Made by a program: the position numbers and the translations under genes. The notes beneath the pieces were generated by a model. That model was not told the DNA's origin and searched no databases. It was given only the letters and a program-made list of their open reading frames with translations. A stretch of DNA of 64,000 nt from a virus: the IMG/VR virus record IMGVR_UViG_3300049436_000052, positions 32,001 through 96,000 of that record; one strand, written 5' to 3'. Shown one piece after another: positions 1 through 10,873 of the stretch. Within the stretch, counting starts at the first letter, position 1. The number at the start of each line of letters is the position of its first letter.

Positions 1-1104
1 AAAGAAGCTGGTGCTAATGGTGGTGCTTTAGGTGTTGGTAAAATGGGTTTGGGTATTCGTCCAAAAAATGTTAGTTGGGCTGGTAAAAGTAGAAGTCGTT
101 TGGGTGAAGAAAATGTTAATGAAATCTTTGGATTTAGTGTTAAAGATAAATTTTCAAAATTAGATCCTAATGATGAAGCTGGTGTTATAAAATTATTCAA
201 CGCTGCCTTTGGTGATATATTAATGAATCCTAAAATGGGAATCATTAACAGAATCGCTAGTAAAACATCTATTCCTGAAAAATATGAATTATTAAGACAA
301 TATGTTGAAGGTAATGGCGGAACTTTAAGAATTGGTAATGATAATAAATTAACATTAGGTTCTCAACAACTAAAAGACAAATCAACAACATTTGCCGCAA
401 AAGGAAGAAATCGTTTAGGTGAAGAACAATACATGGAAAACGAACAACCAATTACTGATGAAGAAATTGATGCTATTCTTAATTCAGATGATGAAACTGA
501 AGAACCTGAAATGGATGAAGCTCATGGTGTTTCATATGGTGAAAGAAGAAAAATGACTGGAAGACACAATCCTGGCAATGAGTATTTATCATCTATGGAA
601 AAAGATCAAGCTCCTTATGTACAAGAATCAAAAAAAGTTAGCGCATTAATTGAAGAAAATAAAAAATTAACAAAAAAATTAAATGAAGCTAAAAAATATA
701 AAAATTCTGTAAGTACTTTGGTTGAAAACTATAAATCAGTTATCGGAAAATGTCGTGAACAACTAAAAGAAATGACAATATTCAACACTAACTTATCAAA
801 CGTTAATAATTTGTTAGTTAATGAAGAATTAGCATTAACTCATGATGATAAAATCAAAATCATTAATGAATTTAAAAGCATTGATAAAATTTCTGTTTCA
901 CAAGAAAAATATAAAGTTATGTTGGCTGAAATGAAAAACAGTAAAAAAACTTTAAGTGAAAATATTGAAGATAAAGTGTCAGCAGATTCGATACAACCAT
1001 CTTCTAAAGAAAATTTAAACGAAGTAATTCAAAAAACTGCTTATGAAAACAATGAACATATTGATAGAATGAGAAAGTTAATGAATTATGGAGGAAAAAA
1101 ATAA
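1..1104 (+). CDS. Prohead scaffold/core protein (T4 gp22-like position), 5'-truncated by window edge
   Basis: Frame is open from base 1; acidic/coiled-coil protein directly upstream of the major capsid gene; many L/M/V-x-E motifs (LGEE x2, MDEA, VQES, LNEA, LSEN) resembling T4-type prohead protease sites. Confidence 0.7.
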   Translation, partial: KEAGANGGALGVGKMGLGIRPKNVSWAGKSRSRLGEENVNEIFGFSVKDKFSKLDPNDEAGVIKLFNAAFGDILMNPKMGIINRIASKTSIPEKYELLRQYVEGNGGTLRIGNDNKLTLGSQQLKDKSTTFAAKGRNRLGEEQYMENEQPITDEEIDAILNSDDETEEPEMDEAHGVSYGERRKMTGRHNPGNEYLSSMEKDQAPYVQESKKVSALIEENKKLTKKLNEAKKYKNSVSTLVENYKSVIGKCREQLKEMTIFNTNLSNVNNLLVNEELALTHDDKIKIINEFKSIDKISVSQEKYKVMLAEMKNSKKTLSENIEDKVSADSIQPSSKENLNEVIQKTAYENNEHIDRMRKLMNYGGKK

Positions 1105-1135
1105 TTTAAATAATATTAAATAAAAAAATAATAAA

Positions 1136-2803
1136 ATGGGTTTTTTAATGGAATCAGCCGTAGTTGGTAATATCGGCTTAAAACAATTACGTGAACAACG
1201 TGAAATTACCACAAACCGTTGGGAAAAAATCGGTTTGTTAGAAGGTTTGGAAGGCAATGTGAAAGAAAATTGCGCTCAATTATTTGAAAACCAACTTTCT
1301 TATATGATTAATGAATCTAGTGATGCAACTAGTTCTGGACAATTTGAAACAGTAGCATTCCCTGTTATTCGTAGGGTATTCGCTAAACTTTTAGCTAATG
1401 ACATTGTTTCTGTACAAGCTCTGAATTTACCTATTGGTAAATTGTATTACATCAATCCTAAAACATCTGAAAGAGTTAGTCCTGATTATTATCAGCACAC
1501 TTCTCCAGATAACGCTTATCAAAATGCTGCTAGTTTAGCTCCTACTGCTAAAACACAATTTGAAACTCGTTCATTGTACGATGCTTTCTATGCTTCTAGC
1601 TATGCTGACGAAGGAACTTCATTGTTTGATCGTTCAAAAGGTGAAATTACTATCGTAACTGGTGTTACTACTGCATCTACTTTCGTTATTGGAACTGATA
1701 AATTCGTTACCTTAACTGCTAACGGTTTTAGTACTACTTATGAAGGTAAATTAATAGGCCCTGCTGGTGTTCCAATGGATACTGAATCTTTCTTAGCAAG
1801 CTTAAAAGTTTATGCTGATGTTAATTTAGTTGCTCCATCTCCATACACTGCTGAAGGTAGTATTACTGCTGGTGATTCAATTCCTTTCAACGTAAAAGTT
1901 CAACAATATGGTCAAGCCATTGTTTCTAAAACTGGCAAAATCACTCTTGTTGCTGATCTTCAATATGCTGGAACTAACGGTTATCAAGCATTAAGTGCAA
2001 CAACTACTCCTGTTTTCTACTATTCATATAGGGTTTACTCTGATATGGAAGAAGATTCAAGAATGGCTGAAGTAACTTTCGCTCTTGACCAAGTAACAGT
2101 TTCTGTTGAAACTCGTAAAATGAGAGCTATGTGGACTCCTGAATTAGCACAAGACGTTAGTGCATTCCATAATATTGATGCTGAAGCTGAATTAACTGCT
2201 TTATTGTCAGAACAAATGGCCGCTGAAATTGATCGTGAAATTCTTCGTGATCTTCGTAGAGGTGCTGCTTGGACTGCTCGTTGGGATTATAATGGTCTTC
2301 GTAAAGGTACTGTTACTTATTATGGTACACAAAAAGACTGGAATCAAACATTGGTAACTAAAGTTAACCAAATCTCTGCTCAAATTCATAAAGCTACTCT
2401 TCGTGGTGGTGCTTCTTTCATAGTTGTATCTCCTGAAGTTAGTGCAGTATTTGATGATTTAGAATATTTCCATGTAAGTAATGCTGCTCCAGAGCAAGAC
2501 AAATACAACATGGGTATCGAGAAAATTGGTACTTTAAGTGGAAGGTATTTAGTATATCGTGATCCATATGCACCTGCTAATACAATTTTAGTTGGTCATA
2601 AGGGTAACTCTATATTAGAAACCGGATTTATTTATGCTCCATACGTTCCTATGCAATTGACTCCAGTTATGTACAATCCATTTGATTTTACACCTATTAG
2701 AGGAATTATGACAAGATATGCAAAGAAAATGGTTCTTAATCGTTACTATGGTCGTATCTATTGCGATGGTTTACAAACTTTCGGAATTGGTGATTTAAGA
2801 TAG
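1136..2803 (+). CDS. gp23: Major capsid protein, T4 gp23-like
   Basis: Hallmark motifs PVIRRVFAKLLANDIVSVQ, TRKMRAMWTPELAQD..AFH.IDAEAEL...LSEQ..AEIDREI, YAPYVP, F.P..GIMTRY. Confidence 0.97.
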   Translation: MGFLMESAVVGNIGLKQLREQREITTNRWEKIGLLEGLEGNVKENCAQLFENQLSYMINESSDATSSGQFETVAFPVIRRVFAKLLANDIVSVQALNLPIGKLYYINPKTSERVSPDYYQHTSPDNAYQNAASLAPTAKTQFETRSLYDAFYASSYADEGTSLFDRSKGEITIVTGVTTASTFVIGTDKFVTLTANGFSTTYEGKLIGPAGVPMDTESFLASLKVYADVNLVAPSPYTAEGSITAGDSIPFNVKVQQYGQAIVSKTGKITLVADLQYAGTNGYQALSATTTPVFYYSYRVYSDMEEDSRMAEVTFALDQVTVSVETRKMRAMWTPELAQDVSAFHNIDAEAELTALLSEQMAAEIDREILRDLRRGAAWTARWDYNGLRKGTVTYYGTQKDWNQTLVTKVNQISAQIHKATLRGGASFIVVSPEVSAVFDDLEYFHVSNAAPEQDKYNMGIEKIGTLSGRYLVYRDPYAPANTILVGHKGNSILETGFIYAPYVPMQLTPVMYNPFDFTPIRGIMTRYAKKMVLNRYYGRIYCDGLQTFGIGDLR

Positions 2804-2835
2804 TTAATAAAATATAAATATCTTTAAAATTTGTT

Positions 2836-2866
2836 AAAAGAGTTGGTTATTTCCAACTCTTTTTTT
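2836..2866 (+). terminator. Intrinsic terminator after capsid gene
   Basis: AAAAGAGTTGG-ttattt-CCAACTCTTTT followed by T run. Confidence 0.85.
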
Positions 2867-2883
2867 ATTTTTGTATGTTTTGT

Positions 2884-2914
2884 TTGAAACAAAATACACT
2901 ATTTTTCGTATAAT
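2884..2914 (+). promoter_or_regulatory. Putative promoter TTGAAAC...TTCGTATAAT
   Basis: TTGAAA-N19-TATAAT; same motif and spacing at 28872-28902. Confidence 0.55.
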
Positions 2915-2934
2915 ATATAAAGATATTTAAAGTT

Positions 2935-5190
2935 ATGAAAAAATTAACTTATAATAATTCTATTTTTTTATTTCTTGACATTAATGATATGTCAAATCTT
3001 AAAAAGAACGATTTAAAAAAGATTAAAGAAGATTATTTATTGTCTTATCAAAATTGTATAATTTATAATTATTTTGATCTAAAAAACTATAAAAATATAA
3101 TTAGAGATATAATTAACAAAGCAAAACATTTAAATCAAATAAAATTAAATTTTGAAAAATGTAAATTTTCAACTATTGATGAAACACAAAAAAATCTATT
3201 TTTAAAGACAAATCATATACAAGGAATTGATAATTCTCAAATATTTTATGGTACTTTTTACAACAACGAATTAATTTCAATAATGACATTTATTGACAAA
3301 CAAAAATATAATAAAAATACTAAAGAAAATGAAAGAGAATATGAATTATCAAGATTTTCCACAAAACTTGGATATATTACATCTGGGATTTTTAAAAAAA
3401 TGTTAGACTTATTTATAAAAGTATACCATCCAAAAAAAATAACAACAATTGTTGATTACGATATTTTTAATAAAAAAAATAATATCTATATTAATAATAA
3501 ATTTAAATTAGATAAGATTTTTCAACCTAATTATAAATTTTTATTGAAAACAAATAATCAATTATATGATAAATCTACATATATTAATGAATTTTTTAGA
3601 AATGAATTAATTTCAAAAAACGAAAAAGAACTTATAAAAAAGAATACAATTAATGTTTGGAATTGTGGTAGATTAAAATATATTGCCAGATTTAATGACA
3701 ATGATGAAATCATATATGGATATATTTATTTGATTAGAAATTTGGTAAATAATAAAGTTTGTGTGGGACAAACAGATAGAACATTATCAAAAAGAAAATT
3801 GGAATATTATAATAAATATACTAAAAACGATTTCTATAATCCACATCTATTAAATGCATTTAATAAATATGGATGGAATAATTTTACATTTACTGAAATA
3901 GACATAGCATTAAACGTTGATGAACTAAATGAGAAAGAAATTTTTTACATAAAAAAATATAAATCAAATGATCGAAATTTTGGTTATAATATTGAAAGTG
4001 GTGGTAAAAATTCATCTCCCACTGACGAAACATTATTAAAAATGAGCAAAGCACATTTGGGAATAGTTCAATCTGAAGAATGGAAAAATAGTAGAATTGC
4101 AAAAGCAGGTTCAGAAGAAGCTAAAAAATATGGTAAGGTAAAAACAGAAGAGGAAAAAAAATATTTGAGTGAATTTTCTCCAAAATTTTGGCAAGGTAAG
4201 ACACGAGATGAAGAAACTAGAAAAAAAATTAGTGAAACTAAACTAAATAAAGGTTTAAGTGATAAACAAAAAGATGTAATTTGTAAAAAAGTATACAAAA
4301 TAAATTATCAAACTAAAGAAATTGTAAGTATTTTTGAATCTAGTGAAAAAGCAAGTAAATTTGAAAATGTAAATCAAAGTACCATTTCGAGATGGTGTTC
4401 TGCCACTAAAATTGTTAATGGATATATCTGGTCATTTAAGCCAATAAAAGATTTAGATTTTTCTAAAATTGTTATTAAAGAAGTACCTAAAGTTTTAATT
4501 AAAGAAAAAGAACCCTATATCGTTTCAGAAGAAACCCGAAAAAAACTTTCAGAAGCAAGAAAGAATATAAAACAATCGCAAGAATGGATTGATAAACGAA
4601 TTGATGTTGTTGCAAAACCAGTGATTAAATTAGATAAAACAAAAAATATTATTTTAGAAAAATTTAGATCTTTAGCAGATGCTGGAAGATACAACAAAGA
4701 CAATTTATCTTACGAAGCGATAAATCGTTTATGTTTGGGGTATTCTAAAAACGATGAAAATATTATATGGTGTTATGAGGAAGATTATTTAAATAAAACA
4801 ATTCCGACACATCAAAAAACTATTGTTAGAGAATTTTCAGAACTGTCACAAAATGAATTAGATAACATTGTTCTTAAATATAAGAATAATGAAACTTCTA
4901 TGAGACAATTATCTGAAGAATTTTCTGTGAATTTTTCAACGTTAAATAAATATTTAAAAGATTTAGATAAACCAAAATCCATTTTTAACGAAGGAATTGA
5001 ATATGTTGCTGTTTGTAAAAAAACCAATAAACGATTTGTAGACTATTTAAACAAATCTGGAACAATAACAACTCATATTTCTGAAACATATCCAGAATTT
5101 AAAATCGAAAGTAAATTTAAAAGAAAGAGTGTCGAAGAAAAAACTGGAAAACCTTGGTATTATGAATTTTTTGAGTTTATTAAAAAATAA
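2935..5190 (+). CDS. Multidomain homing endonuclease (Hef-associated domain + GIY-YIG + NUMOD3/NUMOD1 repeats)
   Basis: GYIYLIRNLVNNKVCVGQT...L.NAFNKYG..NF...E...GYN GIY-YIG core; SEETRKKLSEA NUMOD3; FLKTNHIQG..ELSRF..WNCG domain also present in 34611-36761. Confidence 0.85.
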   Translation: MKKLTYNNSIFLFLDINDMSNLKKNDLKKIKEDYLLSYQNCIIYNYFDLKNYKNIIRDIINKAKHLNQIKLNFEKCKFSTIDETQKNLFLKTNHIQGIDNSQIFYGTFYNNELISIMTFIDKQKYNKNTKENEREYELSRFSTKLGYITSGIFKKMLDLFIKVYHPKKITTIVDYDIFNKKNNIYINNKFKLDKIFQPNYKFLLKTNNQLYDKSTYINEFFRNELISKNEKELIKKNTINVWNCGRLKYIARFNDNDEIIYGYIYLIRNLVNNKVCVGQTDRTLSKRKLEYYNKYTKNDFYNPHLLNAFNKYGWNNFTFTEIDIALNVDELNEKEIFYIKKYKSNDRNFGYNIESGGKNSSPTDETLLKMSKAHLGIVQSEEWKNSRIAKAGSEEAKKYGKVKTEEEKKYLSEFSPKFWQGKTRDEETRKKISETKLNKGLSDKQKDVICKKVYKINYQTKEIVSIFESSEKASKFENVNQSTISRWCSATKIVNGYIWSFKPIKDLDFSKIVIKEVPKVLIKEKEPYIVSEETRKKLSEARKNIKQSQEWIDKRIDVVAKPVIKLDKTKNIILEKFRSLADAGRYNKDNLSYEAINRLCLGYSKNDENIIWCYEEDYLNKTIPTHQKTIVREFSELSQNELDNIVLKYKNNETSMRQLSEEFSVNFSTLNKYLKDLDKPKSIFNEGIEYVAVCKKTNKRFVDYLNKSGTITTHISETYPEFKIESKFKRKSVEEKTGKPWYYEFFEFIKK

Positions 5191-5212
5191 TATTAATTTA
5201 AATTAGATAATA

Positions 5213-5710
5213 ATGGAAATTGTAAAAGAAATCCCTAAATGTGGTAAACTTATTATTGAGCTTGATCTTAATATACATTTAGCAACATTACTTGATGTTG
5301 ATGAATATGTTGCAGATCATTTTATTCGTGATTTTTATGGTGTAAAATATTTTCAATCTTTTGATAATGATAATTGGGGTAGTGAAAGTGAAGAAATTGA
5401 AGAAACTCCAATAAGTGGTTCAATTTATTTAACATATCCACTATCTGTAAATGTAAAAATAGATGTTAAAGAAGTTGAAACTATTGGTTCATTATTGTGG
5501 CAAATAGCTAAAATATATGAACAAATTTATCAAGAAGAGGAAACATCTACAAAAGATCTAATATTAAACGATGACGATAGAGGAACAGTATATAATAGGA
5601 ACAAAACCAATGGTAAATATGGTATCTGGGGACATGATATTGGTGATTTATATTTTGAAAGAATTTTTATCTATGACAATGAGATTATTGGAATTGGTAT
5701 TGGATCATAA
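5213..5710 (+). CDS. Hypothetical protein
   Basis: 165-aa ORF with GKYGIWGHDIGDL motif; function not recognised. Confidence 0.6.
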   Translation: MEIVKEIPKCGKLIIELDLNIHLATLLDVDEYVADHFIRDFYGVKYFQSFDNDNWGSESEEIEETPISGSIYLTYPLSVNVKIDVKEVETIGSLLWQIAKIYEQIYQEEETSTKDLILNDDDRGTVYNRNKTNGKYGIWGHDIGDLYFERIFIYDNEIIGIGIGS

Positions 5711-5733
5711 TAAATATTAAATTATCATTAATC

Positions 5734-5769
5734 ATAAAAACCTCTGTCATTAATTGAAGAGGTTTTTAT
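5734..5769. terminator. Bidirectional terminator between convergent genes
   Basis: ATAAAAACCTCT ... AGAGGTTTTTAT inverted repeat. Confidence 0.8.
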
Positions 5770-6593
5770 ATTTTAATTAATACCATCCCATAATTATTAA
5801 CACCATTTGGTATAATAAGATCTGGTTTTTTTATTAATTTATTTTCTTTAAATGATCGATAATCTACATGATGATGCCATCTATTAAATTTCCAACTTAG
5901 TTTTACAATATCTGGGTGTTGATCAACTAATGATTGTGCAAATTTTAATCGATTATCATTATCAATATAAACATTATCAGTATTACCGCCTTTCATTGTC
6001 ATTGTTTGTGCCTTTTCTTGGGTAAATGCGTTAAATAGTACCGTACACCAGCCATCTTTTAGTACTCTAATTGATAAATCAGTGTCTTCATTATATTTGC
6101 CACGCCATCTATATGGTATATCATTTTTTATTAAAATACAAGAATAGATCCTAGTATTAAGTTTAAAAGCGGGTAATTTAGTTTTTGCTTTCGCAAAAAA
6201 ATCATATTGAAATCCAGATAGTGCGACATTTTCATATCTATCAACAAAATCTTCAGCACATTTAAATATTGTACCAGATGTTACTTTTCCTTGCAAATTT
6301 CTATTTAATCTATTAAAAGCACCAATATTATCATCAACTATCCAATGTCTTTCATGTCCATTGTTAATTGAATGTTCCCAAATCCAATTTCTTGCTGGTA
6401 TTGAACCTTGTCCTAAATAACTAAAAGGTAGAATAAGTATTTTTTCTGAATCAATAACAGATACATAATTATCGTATTCTTGTGGTTCAATTACAATCTT
6501 ATAAGGCACATTCATTTTTTCTAAAGTCTTGCTTGTTAATCGACTTTCCCATCTGCCTTTTGAAACAATATAAATCGGATATTTAGGATTCAT
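5766..6593 (-). CDS. GT-A glycosyltransferase, TET/JBP-associated (TAGT/GREB1-like) type
   Basis: YPIYIVSKGR, VIEPQEY..Y, ARNWIWEH, DDN (DxD), EDTDLSIRVL, MKGGN motifs. Confidence 0.75.
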   Translation of the reverse strand: MNPKYPIYIVSKGRWESRLTSKTLEKMNVPYKIVIEPQEYDNYVSVIDSEKILILPFSYLGQGSIPARNWIWEHSINNGHERHWIVDDNIGAFNRLNRNLQGKVTSGTIFKCAEDFVDRYENVALSGFQYDFFAKAKTKLPAFKLNTRIYSCILIKNDIPYRWRGKYNEDTDLSIRVLKDGWCTVLFNAFTQEKAQTMTMKGGNTDNVYIDNDNRLKFAQSLVDQHPDIVKLSWKFNRWHHHVDYRSFKENKLIKKPDLIIPNGVNNYGMVLIKI

Positions 6594-6828
6594 CTACATA
6601 TCTATTATTTGCATATCTTCTAGGTGGCATATGTGGATACCACAAACTTGATTGTTTTGGTGTTATTTTTTGACCAATTAATTCAGCAAATTTTTCTACA
6701 TCTTCATCATTTCTAAAATGAACAATTATTTTTCTTTTGGAAGTCAAATCTTCTTGTATAAATTCTGGCATATCTTGCCATTCATCTTGCCAAAATTCAT
6801 CATTATTTTTTTTCTTCATTATCATCAA
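6583..6828 (-). CDS. Small protein coupled to the glycosyltransferase
   Basis: EWQDMPEF.QED..IIVHF....D...FA.LIGQ.IT....SLWYP; overlaps GT start. Confidence 0.6.
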   Translation of the reverse strand: MMIMKKKNNDEFWQDEWQDMPEFIQEDLTSKRKIIVHFRNDEDVEKFAELIGQKITPKQSSLWYPHMPPRRYANNRYVDES

Positions 6829-9800
6829 AATTTCTTTTACTTATTTTTAAATAACGTTCACCAAATCTATCTTTAACATATCCAATTGAAGAAATAAAAA
6901 ATCTATCGATGTAGTTATTGTTTTCATCTACAATTAGAATTTCAGAAAATTTTGTTAGATCTATTTTCATATTAATTTTTTTATTAATAACCATATTTAT
7001 ACGTTTTTGATGTACATTCTAATGAATAAAGAATTTTATATTCAGTATATAAGTCGCTAAACCATTCTTCCAATGTAGCTCTACATTTCATCATTTGTTC
7101 TAATGATGTAAAATAAAAGTTTTCACTTCTCTCTAATATTATATATTCACTAAATGTCATATCTATTTTCATAAAATTATTTTAATTTATTGATTATTCT
7201 TTCTTAAATAAACCTCAAAATCACTACCTCCTGAACTGATTGAATATATTTCCATTAAATGTTCACCAAATTCTTTAATAATATTTTTACATATTTTATC
7301 GAATTCTATATCGTGTTCAATACTATTATATGTGTTAGTATCGTCATTACGTTTACATTTACACATCCAATATTTATCGTATTCATAAACAATTTCTTCC
7401 CATTCTTTAGGAATCAATCCACTTAAGAACTTTTTATTTGTTTTTATTCCACTATTTTTCATATCTATTTTTATCAAATTTTAGGAGGAAACCCATTATT
7501 CCAACATTTATCACAAACGGTGAATGTAATGTTACCAATAGGTTCGTTACAATACATACAAAGGTTTCTCATGCAAGCACATTCTTTAGCCATTTCATTA
7601 CAATTTGGACATGGTTTATCTCTTAATTGTGGATTAAGATCTTTTTCGCCATTTTTTTCTTTTAGAACAACATTTAATGATTTTTCAATTCCAATATTTA
7701 GTGCTTCGTATTTGTTATCATAAGTACCTTTGTATTTCCAAATTTCTTTTTTATTACCATCTTTATCATAATAATGGATCATTAAAATCCATTTATTAAA
7801 TTCATCAAAAAGGTTTATATAAATCCCTTTTTCTTCCAACCAATCTAAAACTTGTTGATATGTTGGTGCTGGTAATTGAAAGGTTTCTTTTGAATTAGTA
7901 GTATTGATATCTTCAACATAAACAGTTTCTCCAAAATAATGAATTCCTTGAAAAACCATGACAAGTTTATCTGCTTCAATTTTTGTATATTGGTTTGGAA
8001 CATCGTTTTGAATAGGATGTTTGGTATAAAAAGCTAAACAGGGTTCATTAAAACCGTTATCATTTAATAGTTGTGCTAGATTTTGAGGTATAAAAAGTTT
8101 TTCTATCATCTTATTATTGTATGATAATTATTAATATGAATATCCCTATTGTGTTTATTTATTTTTAAAATAGCCGAAATTGTTATAAAAACATCATCAT
8201 CAGATACATAATATAATTGGTTTACTTGTGTTAGTTCATCAAGAAACAAAGTTAGTAATTGTGAGTATTCATTATTAGTTTTTTTATCTATAATTGAATT
8301 AAACAAATTAGCATATAATTGATCAGGAAATAAAATATCTATGTTCATTTAATTAATTCTTTAATAGTATATCAAAACTTTCACAAATTTCTATATAAAT
8401 ATGCCGATCAAATTCCCTTTTAAGTTCATCATAAAGTGTTGTAGTAAGATTATGATCAAGTATTTCTTTATTAAGTATAGGAATTAAATTTCTATCAAGA
8501 TTATAATAAACTACTTTCATGTTAATTTTATATTAAATCTTCTTCATTAATTTCATCACTACTGATATAGTCTCGTGTATATTCTACTGAAGGAACAACA
8601 ATTGAATGTTCCAAATATATCCTATGATTTCCTTTAACTGTTACTACTTATCGCAATCAGGAACATCATAGCCAGAATTAATCATATCTTGTATAATCTC
8701 ATTATCTGTTTTATCATTGTTCCATGTTATATATCCGCATTTCACACATCGTTTTTCTTCATTCCCGTAAGGAACTAATTTACAACGATGTATAATAATT
8801 AACTCCATTTCTTTATCTGTCGATTCTTCACTATTTTTATCATTTTCTTCCATATCTATTAAATTGAATTTTTATTTCACATTTAAGTTTGTACTAAATT
8901 AACACAATGCAACATACAAATACTGTTACTTGAGAATTTTGTTTATAAATTCGATAGGATTACAATTAAACTTTTCAGATAAATTATTGATTGTCATTGC
9001 TCTATTTTTAGTTGTGGTTAATCCTATTATTCTTTCGATTTCAAAGAATATTCCATTTTCTTTTAATCCTTTTAAGGTTATTTCAGAAACATCCATTGTT
9101 CCAGTAATTAATTCTTGAAGCCAAAAATCATCCTGTTCATCATCTGATAGTTGATTGTAGTGTTCTTCTATTTTATCAAAATCAACGACTGCAATAAAAT
9201 ACTCATTGTTTAAATCATGTTGATAACCACTTTTAAAAGGTTTTGAAATCTCTGTTGGCTTTGCAAAATCAACCACTTTTTTTGAGCAAATAAAATAAGT
9301 ATTATTACTAATAACAGGTATATTTAATTGCTCAGTTTGTGTCTCTAATATCATTTGTTCTCTTATTTAAGTTATAAGTAATATTATTTTTGTTTTGAGT
9401 TTAATATATTAAAAACTTTTTTAACTCATTATTATATTATTACCATTCAAATATTCGTGTGCCAATTAATTACAAGATATTAAATCTTCTTCATTTACTT
9501 TTAGACAAACTTCAAGATAATACTAAATAATTCCTAATCTATAAGAAATTGTTTTCATTAAAATTTTCATAATAATCTATTTGTAAATCTTCATCATCAA
9601 CAATACCTACTTTTTTAGATACAATCAATAAACAAACAATTAACAATAGAATAAACACTATTATAAATAAAATAACTAATATTATTTTCATGATTTTTCT
9701 TTTTTATAGTTTGGAGAATATGAGGTTATTATTTGAGCAATACATTGATTTTTGTTTTTATCTAAATACGGCAAAAATAATTCACCGCATTCTTCTGATT

Positions 9801-9879
9801 TGCATTGATAAAAACCCATATCTACTTCTTCTAATTCAGATCCACAAATAAAACAAAAATTTATAATATTTTCTTTCAT
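6803..9879 (-). CDS. Block of ~9 small hypothetical ORFs (6803, 6984, 7187, 7474, 8106, unlisted 8353-8520, 8644, 8926, 9688)
   Basis: Tightly packed co-oriented ORFs; 7474-8109 has APTYQQVLDWL motif; several CxxC zinc-finger-like ORFs. Confidence 0.65.
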
Positions 9880-9942
9880 GTTAATTTAGTTATTTCAATA
9901 TTTAATTGTAAATTTTTATACACAGAAAATTTTTATAATCCA

Positions 9943-10797
9943 TTAAATTTGATAAAATATCTTTGAAATGTCTTCTACTTGAAATCCAGCAGCTTTTTTA
10001 TGTCCACCACCGCCATTTGCTTTTGCTAAAACACTGCAATCAACATCTTCTTTGGTTGTATAAAGTGAAATTATCCATTTCTTACCATCAAACTGGAATG
10101 GCATCATAATATCGTGCTTGCTTTCATCGTAAACACTTTTGAAAACATCTGAATTAAAACCACCACCATTTAGGCAAATTGCACGTAATCCATTAAATTC
10201 TATTTCAAATGCTGCTTTTTTGCATTGTAATTCATTTACTTGTGATTGATATTTTAATATGGTTATTCCTTCATGAATTATTTGTTTAACCAAAACTTCA
10301 TTTTCAAAAACTTCTAATGGAAATGAATCAACACTATTACAATAAAGTCTCATTCCAAATTGGAATGGTAATATTTCATTTTCCCATCTTACTTTATCAA
10401 AGTTTCTCCAAGTATCATATTCACCAAGTAACTTAACAGCTATTGGCATTTCTTTATCTGGAAATAAGTGTTTCCATGTTCCCTCACATGCTGCAATTCC
10501 ATTTTCTAAAATCGCATTACAAAAAGTTTCATCATCACCAACAAATTCTTTATAGTCATTTATTGCTGAAATATGGTGGTCAATCCACGTTAATTGCCAG
10601 TTACTTAATTGTGCTATTTTTACCATTGTTTTCATTGGAAGTGAGATATCTGCCATAATAATCGGTTCTCCACTTACCTCTTGTTCAAAAGGTTGTCCAT
10701 AGTCATATCCTACCATTTTAGCATTTGGATATTTTAGTTTGATAATAGCCCCACTTGTGAAACCATCTAAATCTCTGTTGTGATAAACTCCAATCAT
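9943..10797 (-). CDS. DHH/DHHA1 phosphoesterase
   Basis: HNRDLDG, D, WIDHH and GGGGHKKAAG motifs. Confidence 0.92.
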   Translation of the reverse strand: MIGVYHNRDLDGFTSGAIIKLKYPNAKMVGYDYGQPFEQEVSGEPIIMADISLPMKTMVKIAQLSNWQLTWIDHHISAINDYKEFVGDDETFCNAILENGIAACEGTWKHLFPDKEMPIAVKLLGEYDTWRNFDKVRWENEILPFQFGMRLYCNSVDSFPLEVFENEVLVKQIIHEGITILKYQSQVNELQCKKAAFEIEFNGLRAICLNGGGFNSDVFKSVYDESKHDIMMPFQFDGKKWIISLYTTKEDVDCSVLAKANGGGGHKKAAGFQVEDISKIFYQI

Positions 10798-10873
10798 ATT
10801 TTTAATTTTTTAAAATTATTACTTATTATTTCTAAATCTTTAAATTTTATGAGTTTTTTCAATATATTTAGCA

